A stretch of 64,000 nt of DNA from Candidatus Melainabacteria bacterium 17Bon1m (GTDB lineage: Bacteria; Cyanobacteriota; Vampirovibrionia; Obscuribacterales; Obscuribacteraceae): assembly GCA_032128875.1 (NCBI GenBank), contig JAVLKG010000009.1, positions 192,001 to 256,000 of the forward strand, written 5' to 3'. This document shows positions 38,209 to 47,674 of this stretch, piece after piece. The first letter of the stretch is position 1, and each line of letters starts with the position of its first letter. The position numbers and the translations under genes are program-made. The notes beneath the pieces are model-generated. The model ran no database searches, was not told where the DNA came from, and worked only from the letters and a program-made list of their open reading frames with translations.

Positions 38209-40200
38209 CTAGACAAGATTTGCGTAGAACTGAAGGTCTTGAATGGATATTCCGCTGTTTTCATCGCCTCTTTCGTTGTTGGCACCTTCCTGGAATTTTG
38301 AATAATAGGCTCTCAAATAGTTGAGCATGGCGCGGTCTTGAGGCGGCATGTCGCGTGTCAACAGTGCTTGCGTAAGCTCATTACGGTCAATGAATCTGTC
38401 GCCGTTGCGATTGACGTACTCCAGGTTTTTGGTGAGCAGATTCGTGGCGGCAGCCTGCATTTGCTCAGCTTGCCGCAGGTCATTTCGAGAAATGCCGCTG
38501 TTTTCATCGCCTCTTTCGTCGTTCACGAGCTCTTGAATCTTGCCCTCGCGAGCCGCCATGCGGCTCAAAGAGGCCTTGTCTTTATCGGACAGTTGGCGCT
38601 CAAACACTCTCACATACGCTTGAATCTCTTCGCGACTAACTCTGTCATCGCCACTTCTGTCAATGTTCTTCCAGTGTTTTCTCAGAACGTCCGGATCAGA
38701 GAGTTCTCGCTCTGCCGTTGGCTTGGTCTGTGCGACCTCAGGTTTTTCAAGGCGCGGCACTGCTCCTACTGGTGCTATTCCGACTGGCGGTGCTGATTCG
38801 ACGGGCCTTGCTGTTTCGACAGGAGTGCTCGGTAACTCGGCACGCGGATTGGTAGGTTCCGGGCGTCGCTGGGCGTGGCGTTGGGGTGTTGTTTCTTGGC
38901 GCGTTTCTGCAGGTGCGCTCAAATCTTTGGGAATCTTTATTTCCTGTCCAGGCTGAATTAAGTTGCGATTCAAATTAGGATTGAAGTTGACGACAGCATT
39001 GATGGCGCCGACCACGTCTTGATTCGAAGGAGCGCGTCCGCCGTTGCGTTGGCGCAGTTCGTCAGCGCAGATTCTCCAAAGTGTTTCATCACGCTCAACT
39101 GTATGAGTGCGAGCGGTGGTTTCTTCAGGCTTAGCAGCTTCTTCCGGCTTTGCTTCAGGATTGGCTTCTGGTTTGGCTTCTGGTTTGGCTTCCGGTTTTG
39201 CCTCCGGTTTTGTGTCGGCGACTGGTTCGAATACTTTTTGACCTCTGGCGCTGAACGAGCCCATTGACGAGAGCGCTGCGTTCAAATCGTGACCGGTAAA
39301 ACCGTTATCCTCGTCGCCCCACTCGTCATTGTTCGCCTCTTCCAATAGGCCGACCTTGTTTTTCAGATCTGCAAGCGCTTTTCTTTGATCTCCAGTCAGA
39401 TTGTCCCGCGCCTTTTCGAATCCGCTGATTTCTGCTGCGGTGACGTGCCCGTTGCCGTCGGCATCCATGGCGCTGAAATTCTCAACAGCGAAAGTCAGGT
39501 TGTTGATTTGTTCGTTGGCGTTGGAAAGGTCCTTCTTGCTGACGCCTGCCGAAGCATCAGCTTCGTCATCATGACCTGTTTCGACAGCGGCTGAATGCAC
39601 TTGAAGATTGTTCAACATTCGGTGCTCGTCTGCAGTCAATTCATTATTCGATGCGAACTGACTAATTTCTTCGTTGGATAAGAAGCCGTTGCCGTCCCCA
39701 TCCATTTTTTCGAAGTTTTTGTTGGCGTAATTCAGTGCCGTGCGCAGGTCGCCCTTGCCCTGATCTGCGCTAACACTCTCCCCAGCTGGCGCTGTGGCAC
39801 CGGTTTTTGCTACTGCCAAATCCTGTCGTGTAAAGCCGTCATTCTCATCGCCCGTCTCATCATTGCTTCCTTCTTCGAGATCGTCACGATGTTGTTTGAT
39901 GTTAGCGCAGAGCTTTTTCTCGGCATCACTCATCGTGCTCTCGTTGGCTTTCACGTAACCATCGAATTCATGATCGCTGACGAATCCGTCACCGTTGCCA
40001 TCCATGCGATCGAAATTCGCCTGTGCGTGATTGACAGCGTCGATTGTGAGTGGCGGCAATTCTTGTGCGGCTGGGCTGGGCGCGCCAGCCCGGGCTTCGT
40101 GCAACACTCTGTTGCCCTCTTGGTCGATTGTGCTTCCCGCAGGAGCCTCCGCCTGGGTGTTTGTGCGAGCCTCTTGTGTTTCGCGCTGTCTGTCAACCAT
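38209..40200 (-). CDS. multi-EF-hand calcium-binding protein with central LysM domain
   Basis: DGNGDGFVSDHE, DGDGNGFLSNEE, DADGNGHVTAAE, DRSGDDRVSREE, NRNGDRFIDRNE; HTVERDETLWRI..NP..NLIQPGQEIKIP; GAGG RBS before ATG 40200. Confidence 0.85.
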   Translation of the reverse strand: MVDRQRETQEARTNTQAEAPAGSTIDQEGNRVLHEARAGAPSPAAQELPPLTIDAVNHAQANFDRMDGNGDGFVSDHEFDGYVKANESTMSDAEKKLCANIKQHRDDLEEGSNDETGDENDGFTRQDLAVAKTGATAPAGESVSADQGKGDLRTALNYANKNFEKMDGDGNGFLSNEEISQFASNNELTADEHRMLNNLQVHSAAVETGHDDEADASAGVSKKDLSNANEQINNLTFAVENFSAMDADGNGHVTAAEISGFEKARDNLTGDQRKALADLKNKVGLLEEANNDEWGDEDNGFTGHDLNAALSSMGSFSARGQKVFEPVADTKPEAKPEAKPEAKPEANPEAKPEEAAKPEETTARTHTVERDETLWRICADELRQRNGGRAPSNQDVVGAINAVVNFNPNLNRNLIQPGQEIKIPKDLSAPAETRQETTPQRHAQRRPEPTNPRAELPSTPVETARPVESAPPVGIAPVGAVPRLEKPEVAQTKPTAERELSDPDVLRKHWKNIDRSGDDRVSREEIQAYVRVFERQLSDKDKASLSRMAAREGKIQELVNDERGDENSGISRNDLRQAEQMQAAATNLLTKNLEYVNRNGDRFIDRNELTQALLTRDMPPQDRAMLNYLRAYYSKFQEGANNERGDENSGISIQDLQFYANLV

Positions 40201-40382
40201 CAAAGTGTCCTCGAGTCGGTAGTAGCGTTTATATGGTCCGGAGGAATGCCGGGAATAACCGGTTCCATACATATACGTCCGCCGCGGGCGGAAGTTGTTA
40301 CCAAGGTGTTAACACCACACCTGGCGACTCTTCTGCCCACGGGCACCCGATTACACGCTATTAAACGATTGAGGAAACTGTT

Positions 40383-41012
40383 TTAGTGATGCGCTAGTTT
40401 GGACAGGCACGTAAAACCGAAACAGATAACCACAAGTCCGGAGATTCTATTGATCACTCCCATTGAGTTCTTGCTAAGTTTTTCACGCACCTTTGAGACT
40501 AGAGCGCAAAGGAACAGCCACCATATGAGTGACCCGAGAAACACACCGAAGACGATGATGAGTGTGTTTTCTTTCGCGGCTTCCAGCTCTTTCACGCCCA
40601 CTGCAGCGAAAACTGCAATGAAAGACATGATGGTCATCGGGTTGAGCATGGTCAAAAACAGCGTGCTGAAAAACGCCGCGAGCAGCCCTTTCTTTTCGTT
40701 TTCTACTGCGGCTTCTGAGGCTTCTTTTGGAACTGTTCGAAATGTATCTATTCCGATTTTGAACAAGAGAATCGCCGCGCAAACGTTCATAAGATTTGCG
40801 TGTGGACTGATAATCGCCAGGGCTGATGTCATCGAGACTGCGGCAATCAAACCGTAGCAGCCGTCAGCCATTGCAGCTCCCAGCCCTGAGGCAAAGCCTC
40901 TAGCAAAACCAAAGTCTAGTGTTCTCTTTATACATATAATGCCGATTGGTCCCACCGGCGCAGCAATCGCCAGCCCTGCCAAAATCGCCATGCAAAAGTG
41001 TGCGAGATGCAT
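40383..41012 (-). CDS. LysE family translocator
   Basis: APVGPIGIICIKRTL..GF.SGLGAAMADG.Y, FLTMLNPMTI, GVFLGSLIWW; GGAGG RBS before ATG 41012. Confidence 0.93.
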   Translation of the reverse strand: MHLAHFCMAILAGLAIAAPVGPIGIICIKRTLDFGFARGFASGLGAAMADGCYGLIAAVSMTSALAIISPHANLMNVCAAILLFKIGIDTFRTVPKEASEAAVENEKKGLLAAFFSTLFLTMLNPMTIMSFIAVFAAVGVKELEAAKENTLIIVFGVFLGSLIWWLFLCALVSKVREKLSKNSMGVINRISGLVVICFGFTCLSKLAHH

Positions 41013-41411
41013 TTCCAATTCCTCCGTGAAACGCATGTCGTGCGCGTGTATTCTCGCTGCTGTTGCACCTTTTACTAAAGGTCTGCATATGCGAAGCGAG
41101 TGTTGCAACGCAACACGAAATGAAAAAGCTAAAAAGGGAAATGGAAATTAGATGCGGGGCGGGCCCGCATTATTTTGCGAATTATTCTGTACGCCTGCAA
41201 GAGTGGCAGTCAACGCAATTCCCACAGGCAGCGCCAGCAGCCACGCTACGCAACTAAATGCGGCGCTGAAAATTTCGTAGCTGTAAGTGCTGGGTGGCAT
41301 TTTGATAACTAAGCTATTGAACGCAGGGCGTACAAAAAACAACACATACTGATTATGCATGAGAACCTGGACAGGTCAAAGCAATTCTGCATAGTTGCAG
41401 AGTTTGTAAAC

Positions 41412-42656
41412 TTAGCCGGCCATCGCCGGAGACAGTCCGAGCACGTGCAGGCGGTTTGTACTCTCGGTTTGAACACGCGTCAGCGCGTCTTGCAGGTCGA
41501 CACCGGTGCGACGGCAATATAAAATCGCCATTGTCGCCAATTCCCACTTGATCTTTCCACCTTCAACGAGCGATACACAGCGTGCTGTATCTCGCATTAG
41601 CTGGGGCGTAAGAGTTTCTGACTGAACAAGTGCGGTCAAGACATCCGTTGCCTCACCAGCGTAGAAGCCAGCAGCTTTGCTTACTTCTTCTTGTGTGACA
41701 GCGCCTGATTGCATAAGCAGGGAAAGCATTTTTGCCTTCAATTGCCCGAGCTCTTTCATCAAGTCTTCGAGTGGTAGTTGTAGATTGTGGACCTGCCTCA
41801 GGAGGTCGAAAGCCTGTTGAACAGTGATAAGCGCGCTCTCAATCATGTTCTGCAGTTTGAGTGCGGCACGCAGGACAAGAGCGGTTACCAGACCGCTTTC
41901 ATGAAACACCTGTCCGATTGGTTTGCAAGTTTCTAGCCCGACCTCTGCCGCGTTTATCGCATCGAAATCAGCTATCAGACCGGCTCCTGTGAGCAGGGCA
42001 CCCAGCTTCGGTCTTGTCTCTTCTTCCTTATTTTCCACGCCGATAGACCTAAGTGCTTCTTCCAGAGTTGCTTTTCCAAACGCAACATCTTTGAGTACAT
42101 CAGCGGCCGAGTTTAATAGTAATTGTTGGTCTCTCACCATGCGGAGCAGTTCTACGCCTGCTTCCAGAATGGGCACGGTGATAATTTGAGTAAGCAGTAA
42201 AACTCTGCCCAGAGTGAGTCCGCAATCGCGAGCCTGATCCATAGCCACTGCCAGCTGAAATTCACTTACTAAATGTGCCGCTAGGAAGAGCTCACCAAGC
42301 AGGTTTGGATTAACAACAGAAATTGCTTGCATGATCGTACTTTCCAGCGCTGCAGCAAATGGCAGGCAATTATCGTACGCAAATTTTAGTGCGTAAGCTG
42401 CCTGATCTGGAGTAAGATTTTTTGACTCGACCTCTTTCACTGCTTCCATTGAAGCGCGAAGATCCGCATCAGCAAGGAATCCGCCATGCAGAAGCATGCG
42501 TCCCATCTCTTCCGGGTCGCGGTCGCTGGATGTATATGTTTCGGAAATTACTTCCACGTCTACGATACCAGCGGTGGTGAGTACCTGCCCTAGTATTGAC
42601 GCTCTTTTTATTCTTCTTTGATCGCTATTTTTTAAACTCTGCATTTTAATCACCAA
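41412..42656 (-). CDS. protein made of tandem MshEN/T2SSE_N-like repeats
   Basis: Repeated LGxxLxxxGxV/I motifs (LGQVLTTAGIV, LGELFLAAHLV, LGRVLL, KLGALLTGAGLI, IGQVFHESGLV). Confidence 0.75.
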   Translation of the reverse strand: MVIKMQSLKNSDQRRIKRASILGQVLTTAGIVDVEVISETYTSSDRDPEEMGRMLLHGGFLADADLRASMEAVKEVESKNLTPDQAAYALKFAYDNCLPFAAALESTIMQAISVVNPNLLGELFLAAHLVSEFQLAVAMDQARDCGLTLGRVLLLTQIITVPILEAGVELLRMVRDQQLLLNSAADVLKDVAFGKATLEEALRSIGVENKEEETRPKLGALLTGAGLIADFDAINAAEVGLETCKPIGQVFHESGLVTALVLRAALKLQNMIESALITVQQAFDLLRQVHNLQLPLEDLMKELGQLKAKMLSLLMQSGAVTQEEVSKAAGFYAGEATDVLTALVQSETLTPQLMRDTARCVSLVEGGKIKWELATMAILYCRRTGVDLQDALTRVQTESTNRLHVLGLSPAMAG

Positions 42657-42899
42657 ATACGCGTTTAGGGGCGCACGCGACAGATTTGGGAATGCCTACA
42701 ACAATTCCTTTTCTGTACTTTTATTTGGAGTCTTAGCGGACCGATTTGAGCTGAATGCTTTTCTTTTTTTCTAAGCTGCAAAAATGGCCATTGCGACGAC
42801 TCTGGTCGGGGGTGACGCCTTAATGGTTGTCGCCAGTAGTAAGTTTCGGTTTGTAAAAACAGGGTTCGCGGCGCCGATACACAAGAGCTGCGAATTCCT

Positions 42900-42928
42900 A
42901 ATATGCGCGCGGCTGAGACCGATGTCAA
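42900..42928 (-). promoter_or_regulatory. sigma70-type promoter candidate
   Basis: Minus strand TTGACA (42923-42928), 17-nt spacer, CATATT (42900-42905), upstream of the 41412-42656 gene. Confidence 0.5.
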
Positions 42929-43047
42929 GCGTTTTGCCTTCGTAGAAATACTTAGAAGGTCGTAATAGTCGTTGGGAGGCAAGCGTTACGAGCTTCTGCG
43001 CCAGCAGGCGTGCTTAACACTTTTTGGCATTTCCCGGAAGTCCAGTA

Positions 43048-44268
43048 TTAGAGCGGCAAAGGCTGCTTATAGCAAACGCGACGTGAGTTGTGGTCCAACC
43101 AAACAAGCGTGTATTTCAGATGCGGGAAATCGACTCTAAAGCTCATCTTGTGCTGACTAATGGAATTAGGTTCTACGTGGAAGATGAATTCGGAGTCCTC
43201 ATCCAAGCCGGCAGTCAGCGGGTGTTTGTTGCCTTCGCTGTCGAGCAAATAGCAATCGATGGCATTCAGGGAATGGTCTGTGTTGTTGTCGATTGATACT
43301 TCCAAGACTTTGAAATAGCAACCGCCTGCCAGATTGTCCTTTTTCGTCTTGATCTTTTTAATCGTGACGTCGAGGCCTTCTAAGCTGTAAGTCTTCGGCC
43401 GCGCCTTCGGCTCTACTGCAGCGGGCATGAGAAGGTCGCTGTCGATTGCCATATTCAAATCATCGCCAGGTTCCAGCACCGCTCTTGGTCCTTTTTCGTA
43501 GGCAGCGTAGCCACCGGCAATAAGTGCACCGGCTGCGGCGCCGATCGCGAGGTTCATCCCCTTGGACTCAGCGGTTCCCTTCATACCACCGGTCAATTGA
43601 TAGGCAACAAGAGTTCCGACAATAGCTCCGCCGGCTGCGTGCGAGAGAATGCGGCCTGTTCCTTTTAACTTGGATTTCGCGGTTGATGTTTTGAAGTTGT
43701 CCGCATCGACTTTGAATGCAAATCTTCTGCCGTCAGGCGTTTTCAGCGAATCAAACGAAACTTCCAGCCAGCCCTTACGGTAGAAGCGTCTTGGATCATG
43801 AATGCGTGAGACTTTTCCGTGGAAGACGGTGCCTTCCGGAATGACTTTGTGATCATCGATATAGATGTCTTCGGATACTTTTGCGCAAATTTCGTCATTC
43901 AACTGCGCAGGCAAAAGATTCCCGTCCAAATCTCTGTCTAGAAGTCTCAGACCATTGGTAGGAACTTGAGTCAATTTGAGCTTGAATGGCGTGCCTTTGG
44001 GAACGGTGTATGTTGCACTACCTTTCAAAACTGTGCCGGGTGCTATGTCGTTGCCACCGCGTGCGGTGCCACTACTTCTTTCCTCTTGCGCTAGAACACC
44101 TGGTGCGGAAATCGAAACCGAAAGAAGAGAAGCGCAAATTGAACTGGCGCACAGTGCGGCAAGAACCTTTTGCGTTTTGGCTGGTCTCGATAGTTTGCCT
44201 GATGATTTGTTGAACTGCAAAATCACTTGTTGCTCCCAAGTTGGTGCGGGTGTTTTCTGCGACGACAC
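43048..44268 (-). CDS. exported protein with TrbI/VirB10-like beta domain and glycine zipper
   Basis: Signal VLA|Q; VPKGT.F.LKL..AKVSEDIY..VIPEGTVFHGKV..LEVSFDSLKTPDGR; GGAIVG/GAAAGALIAGG zipper. Confidence 0.7.
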   Translation of the reverse strand: MSSQKTPAPTWEQQVILQFNKSSGKLSRPAKTQKVLAALCASSICASLLSVSISAPGVLAQEERSSGTARGGNDIAPGTVLKGSATYTVPKGTPFKLKLTQVPTNGLRLLDRDLDGNLLPAQLNDEICAKVSEDIYIDDHKVIPEGTVFHGKVSRIHDPRRFYRKGWLEVSFDSLKTPDGRRFAFKVDADNFKTSTAKSKLKGTGRILSHAAGGAIVGTLVAYQLTGGMKGTAESKGMNLAIGAAAGALIAGGYAAYEKGPRAVLEPGDDLNMAIDSDLLMPAAVEPKARPKTYSLEGLDVTIKKIKTKKDNLAGGCYFKVLEVSIDNNTDHSLNAIDCYLLDSEGNKHPLTAGLDEDSEFIFHVEPNSISQHKMSFRVDFPHLKYTLVWLDHNSRRVCYKQPLPL

Positions 44269-44360
44269 ATGTCTAAGAATTGACCTGGCCAGTATAGCGG
44301 GGTGACACCTTTGCCAACAGGTGGACTAGTTTATCTTGGAAAGATGGGCTGAAATGCCGC

Positions 44361-45599
44361 TTACTTTGTTGCAGACGCCGATTTCGGCTTCTTGGCAAGG
44401 GGTGCGTACAGCCTGGCCATTGTCGCCTTATCTCGTTTTGTCAAAACGGGCCAAACAGTCGATGTATCAACAGTGAAGAACATTACGTCGTGATTATTGT
44501 TGGAATGTCCTTGCAGCCCCAGCACATGCCCGACTTCGTGCAGGCACGCTTTTTTCATGTCGTCATCGCTCAGATAGCCGTCTTCCAAAAATGGCTTGGT
44601 CAGTATCTTCAGGGTGGCGCGAAGAATATTATTGCCTTTAGCTATGATGCGAGCAGAACCCCTTTCGCCCTGAGTACCGGACACAGTCACTTCTTGAGGG
44701 TTGCTGGTCCAACTGCAAAATATATCGGCTTGATTCTGGTTGTCGACCCGAGTTACGGCAATGTTGCCGTTTGTAGCCTTGCACCAATCTTGAAAGGCTT
44801 GCAATAGTATGTCGTCAAAACGCGCGAAGTACCCCATCACGCCCGTGCCTGGCTCAATATAGATGCGCAGCGGCATGCGCTCCGGCGCCCAGCGATAAAT
44901 GCCTTCTTTGCTGATGCTTGAATAGTAATCGGGTCCATGAGGGTCTGACTCCATTCTGCCGAGAGATTTTTTGAGTGCTTCCATAATGTCCGCGACTTGC
45001 TGCGCCTGCGGCGATTTAGGGCTTTCTTCCAGGTATTTTCCGTACCAGTTGATGGCGTTTTCGTTATCGCCGACACTCTGATAACAGCCGGCCAGATTCA
45101 GCGTGGCTTCAGGCATTGAAGAGTTGAGTTTGAGTGCTGTTTCAAACTCGCCGATGGCTTTATTGATGTTGCCTGAGTTTTGATAAGCCAAGCCCAAATT
45201 GCAATGAATGCCGGCGGAACGCGGAGCCAGATATGCTGCTCTTTCCAAGCATTCGCGAGCTTCATAGGCGCGGTTTTTCTTGAGTAATTCAACGCCTTCG
45301 GCAAATAGTTGTCTTACCTTCTGCTCCGAATCCTTGACTGGCGCGTTCTTCATAAGCTCGGCGTCCGATTCGAGCTTTTCCTTATGCATCGGCAAGGGCA
45401 TCGGAGACGGCGCCGGCCCCTTCAATTTGGACGGGGGTTGCGCCTGCGCAACAATCGGTAAGCATATCTGGCTGGCTAAAAAGAGCGAGAGCGCAGCTGC
45501 GCCGTGCGTCAAAAGCTGTTCAAAATAGGACTTTCCGGCTCTCAAAAGCGCAAATTCCTGCTGGAAACAAAAACAGTTTAACGCCACGACTAACCTCAA
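44361..45599 (-). CDS. exported TPR + matrixin (M10-like) protease (start uncertain)
   Basis: TPRs, RWAPERMPLRIYI, HEVGHVLGLQGH, DVMF. Confidence 0.88.
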   Translation of the reverse strand: MRLVVALNCFCFQQEFALLRAGKSYFEQLLTHGAAALSLFLASQICLPIVAQAQPPSKLKGPAPSPMPLPMHKEKLESDAELMKNAPVKDSEQKVRQLFAEGVELLKKNRAYEARECLERAAYLAPRSAGIHCNLGLAYQNSGNINKAIGEFETALKLNSSMPEATLNLAGCYQSVGDNENAINWYGKYLEESPKSPQAQQVADIMEALKKSLGRMESDPHGPDYYSSISKEGIYRWAPERMPLRIYIEPGTGVMGYFARFDDILLQAFQDWCKATNGNIAVTRVDNQNQADIFCSWTSNPQEVTVSGTQGERGSARIIAKGNNILRATLKILTKPFLEDGYLSDDDMKKACLHEVGHVLGLQGHSNNNHDVMFFTVDTSTVWPVLTKRDKATMARLYAPLAKKPKSASATK

Positions 45600-45728
45600 T
45601 GCACTGTGGTGATGTTATCTGCCGGATTTTATTTCAATAAAAGTGGTAAGAGATCTTTGAAGGGGTGTTTCAAGTTGCGCCCCGCTTTGGCGGTGATTAA
45701 AAACCCGAGGATTTTGCCTGTGCTTGAG

Positions 45729-47591
45729 ATGACAGACGCCGTTACTACACAACTGGCTCCTGCGGAATTGCAGGAGAACACGTTGGTCCTCAAGTTTGGA
45801 CCAGACCTTTTGGCGGAGCTGCAAGGGTTGTTGGATGGCAAGCATTTGTTCGATGCCATCTTGATTGACGTCACTCAGACGGGTTTTCTCTTCACGGCTG
45901 AGGTGATTATCGAGGCGGCTCAGATCGCTAAGAATCTTTTGCAGATGCAAGGGGCGATGGTTTTCCTCAAGCTCGACCAAGCAGTTGCGATTGTCAGAGA
46001 CTCTCTGACGGGCATTTTGAGCCTTCACATTTTCGAAAGTCATGCCGAGCTTTTCGACCATTCGCCTTCTCTGGCAAGGCACATCAAGCATGCTCTGGGG
46101 CGCTCCAGCGAGCTAGTCGAGGAAAGTACAGATCTCTCGCAGCAAGTTTTGATGACTGCTGTTCCGGTTTTGACTACGCTTGGAATAAAGCTCAAGGCTG
46201 GACTCGACGGCAGCAAGCGCCGCAATCTGGTGCTTTGTTCTGTTGATAGCTATTCACAGTTGAACGCTTTGTGCCATCGCCTTGTAGACCAAGACCGCCT
46301 GACCATGGAAGAGTTGATGGAAGAGCTGCGGTCACTCGAACAAGCCAAAGCGATTTATCCTCTGTTTGCCAAGATTCCTTTCCTGGTCAACTGCTTCAAA
46401 AACAAGACTCCGTTCGGTCTGAAAGACTACTTGGTGGCGGCGAAGTTGATGAGCCAGGAGCAAGTCGATGATTTGATTACCGAGCAGCAGGCCTTGCCCG
46501 CTCGAGAACGCATTAACCTTGGCTCGCTTGCCGTGAAGAAAGGCTATATAAGCGGCAGGCAACTTGCTGTGGCGATTCAAGACCAGTCGTTCTATGGGCA
46601 AAAAGCTGACTCCGAGGATGTTAAGAAAGTTCTGAAACGCTCGTCCGATGACACATCTGTACAGGCGCTGGTTGGTCACTTAGGCAACACTGAAGCATCC
46701 ATCTTGCTGCAAAACATCGCGCAAAACCGGGACACTGGCGTGCTTTCAGTAGAGTATCGAGACCTCGCATTCAAAGCTCATTACGAACTCGGCAAAATTA
46801 CTCATGCCAAAGTCGGCAAGATTGAGGGAAACAAGGCGATCATCGAGTTTTGTTCGGCTTGGAAAGACGGCATCTTCGTGTTTATCAAACGCCAGCCGCC
46901 GCCCGATCTGGCTAAAGATTCATGCAAATTGACCAAAGTCGTTGACAAACTTTTGCTCGATGCGGCCCTGGCACGCGACCATGCAGACGTGGTCATAGCC
47001 AAGCTTCCCAAAGGACTGAATTCAGTAATGGAGCAGTTGCCTGACGAGAAAGACTTGCTCAAAGGCCCGGTCGAAAACCTCATTGACCCGAAAGAAGAGC
47101 AGCCGATTACGAATCGAGAACTGGCGTATATGAATCGAGTGTGGAAAGTCTGCGACGGGCTCACTCCTTTGCATCAGCTGGTGCAAAGCATCGGCGACAT
47201 GGTTTGCGCCGACGCCTGTCGAGCTGTTGACTTGCTTATGCACTTCAAGCTCATCAATGTGCCGGAGTCTGACGTTAATACGCCACTCAGCAACTTCCAG
47301 ACTTTGCTCAGAAAGATTACGGAGAAGATCGGCAAGGAGCGCAGCTCTGCTTTCCTGCGCCTGGCGCTGCGCGACACGATCGGCTATTCCGGTCGCGCCC
47401 GGATGTATGTGATGTCTTCGAGCGCGGAAGTCGGCATCGATATGGTTGCCGCCAAAGCCACTGGTACTTCGCTTTCGACCGTAGTCAAGGATTTGGAAAA
47501 CTGGCAAGTAAAGTACATCGAGTATGTCAGTCAGGAGCTGGACAGCAATATCCTGCTCAACATTATTCGTGAGATTCACCCGAATCCATAG
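45729..47591 (+). CDS. DUF4388 (PatA-N-like) + MshEN-like domain protein
   Basis: LKDYLVAAKLMSQEQV..NLGSLAVKKGYISGRQL; LVGHLGN..LLQNIAQNRDTGVLSV..GKITHA..WKDGIFVF; start set at ATG 45729. Confidence 0.75.
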   Translation: MTDAVTTQLAPAELQENTLVLKFGPDLLAELQGLLDGKHLFDAILIDVTQTGFLFTAEVIIEAAQIAKNLLQMQGAMVFLKLDQAVAIVRDSLTGILSLHIFESHAELFDHSPSLARHIKHALGRSSELVEESTDLSQQVLMTAVPVLTTLGIKLKAGLDGSKRRNLVLCSVDSYSQLNALCHRLVDQDRLTMEELMEELRSLEQAKAIYPLFAKIPFLVNCFKNKTPFGLKDYLVAAKLMSQEQVDDLITEQQALPARERINLGSLAVKKGYISGRQLAVAIQDQSFYGQKADSEDVKKVLKRSSDDTSVQALVGHLGNTEASILLQNIAQNRDTGVLSVEYRDLAFKAHYELGKITHAKVGKIEGNKAIIEFCSAWKDGIFVFIKRQPPPDLAKDSCKLTKVVDKLLLDAALARDHADVVIAKLPKGLNSVMEQLPDEKDLLKGPVENLIDPKEEQPITNRELAYMNRVWKVCDGLTPLHQLVQSIGDMVCADACRAVDLLMHFKLINVPESDVNTPLSNFQTLLRKITEKIGKERSSAFLRLALRDTIGYSGRARMYVMSSSAEVGIDMVAAKATGTSLSTVVKDLENWQVKYIEYVSQELDSNILLNIIREIHPNP

Positions 47592-47674
47592 CCTGAAAAG
47601 CGTAGAAAAAAGACTCTAACTACTGTACAAAGATACTTCGTAACAGCCCGTTCGTCTTGCACGGAGAGTCAGAC

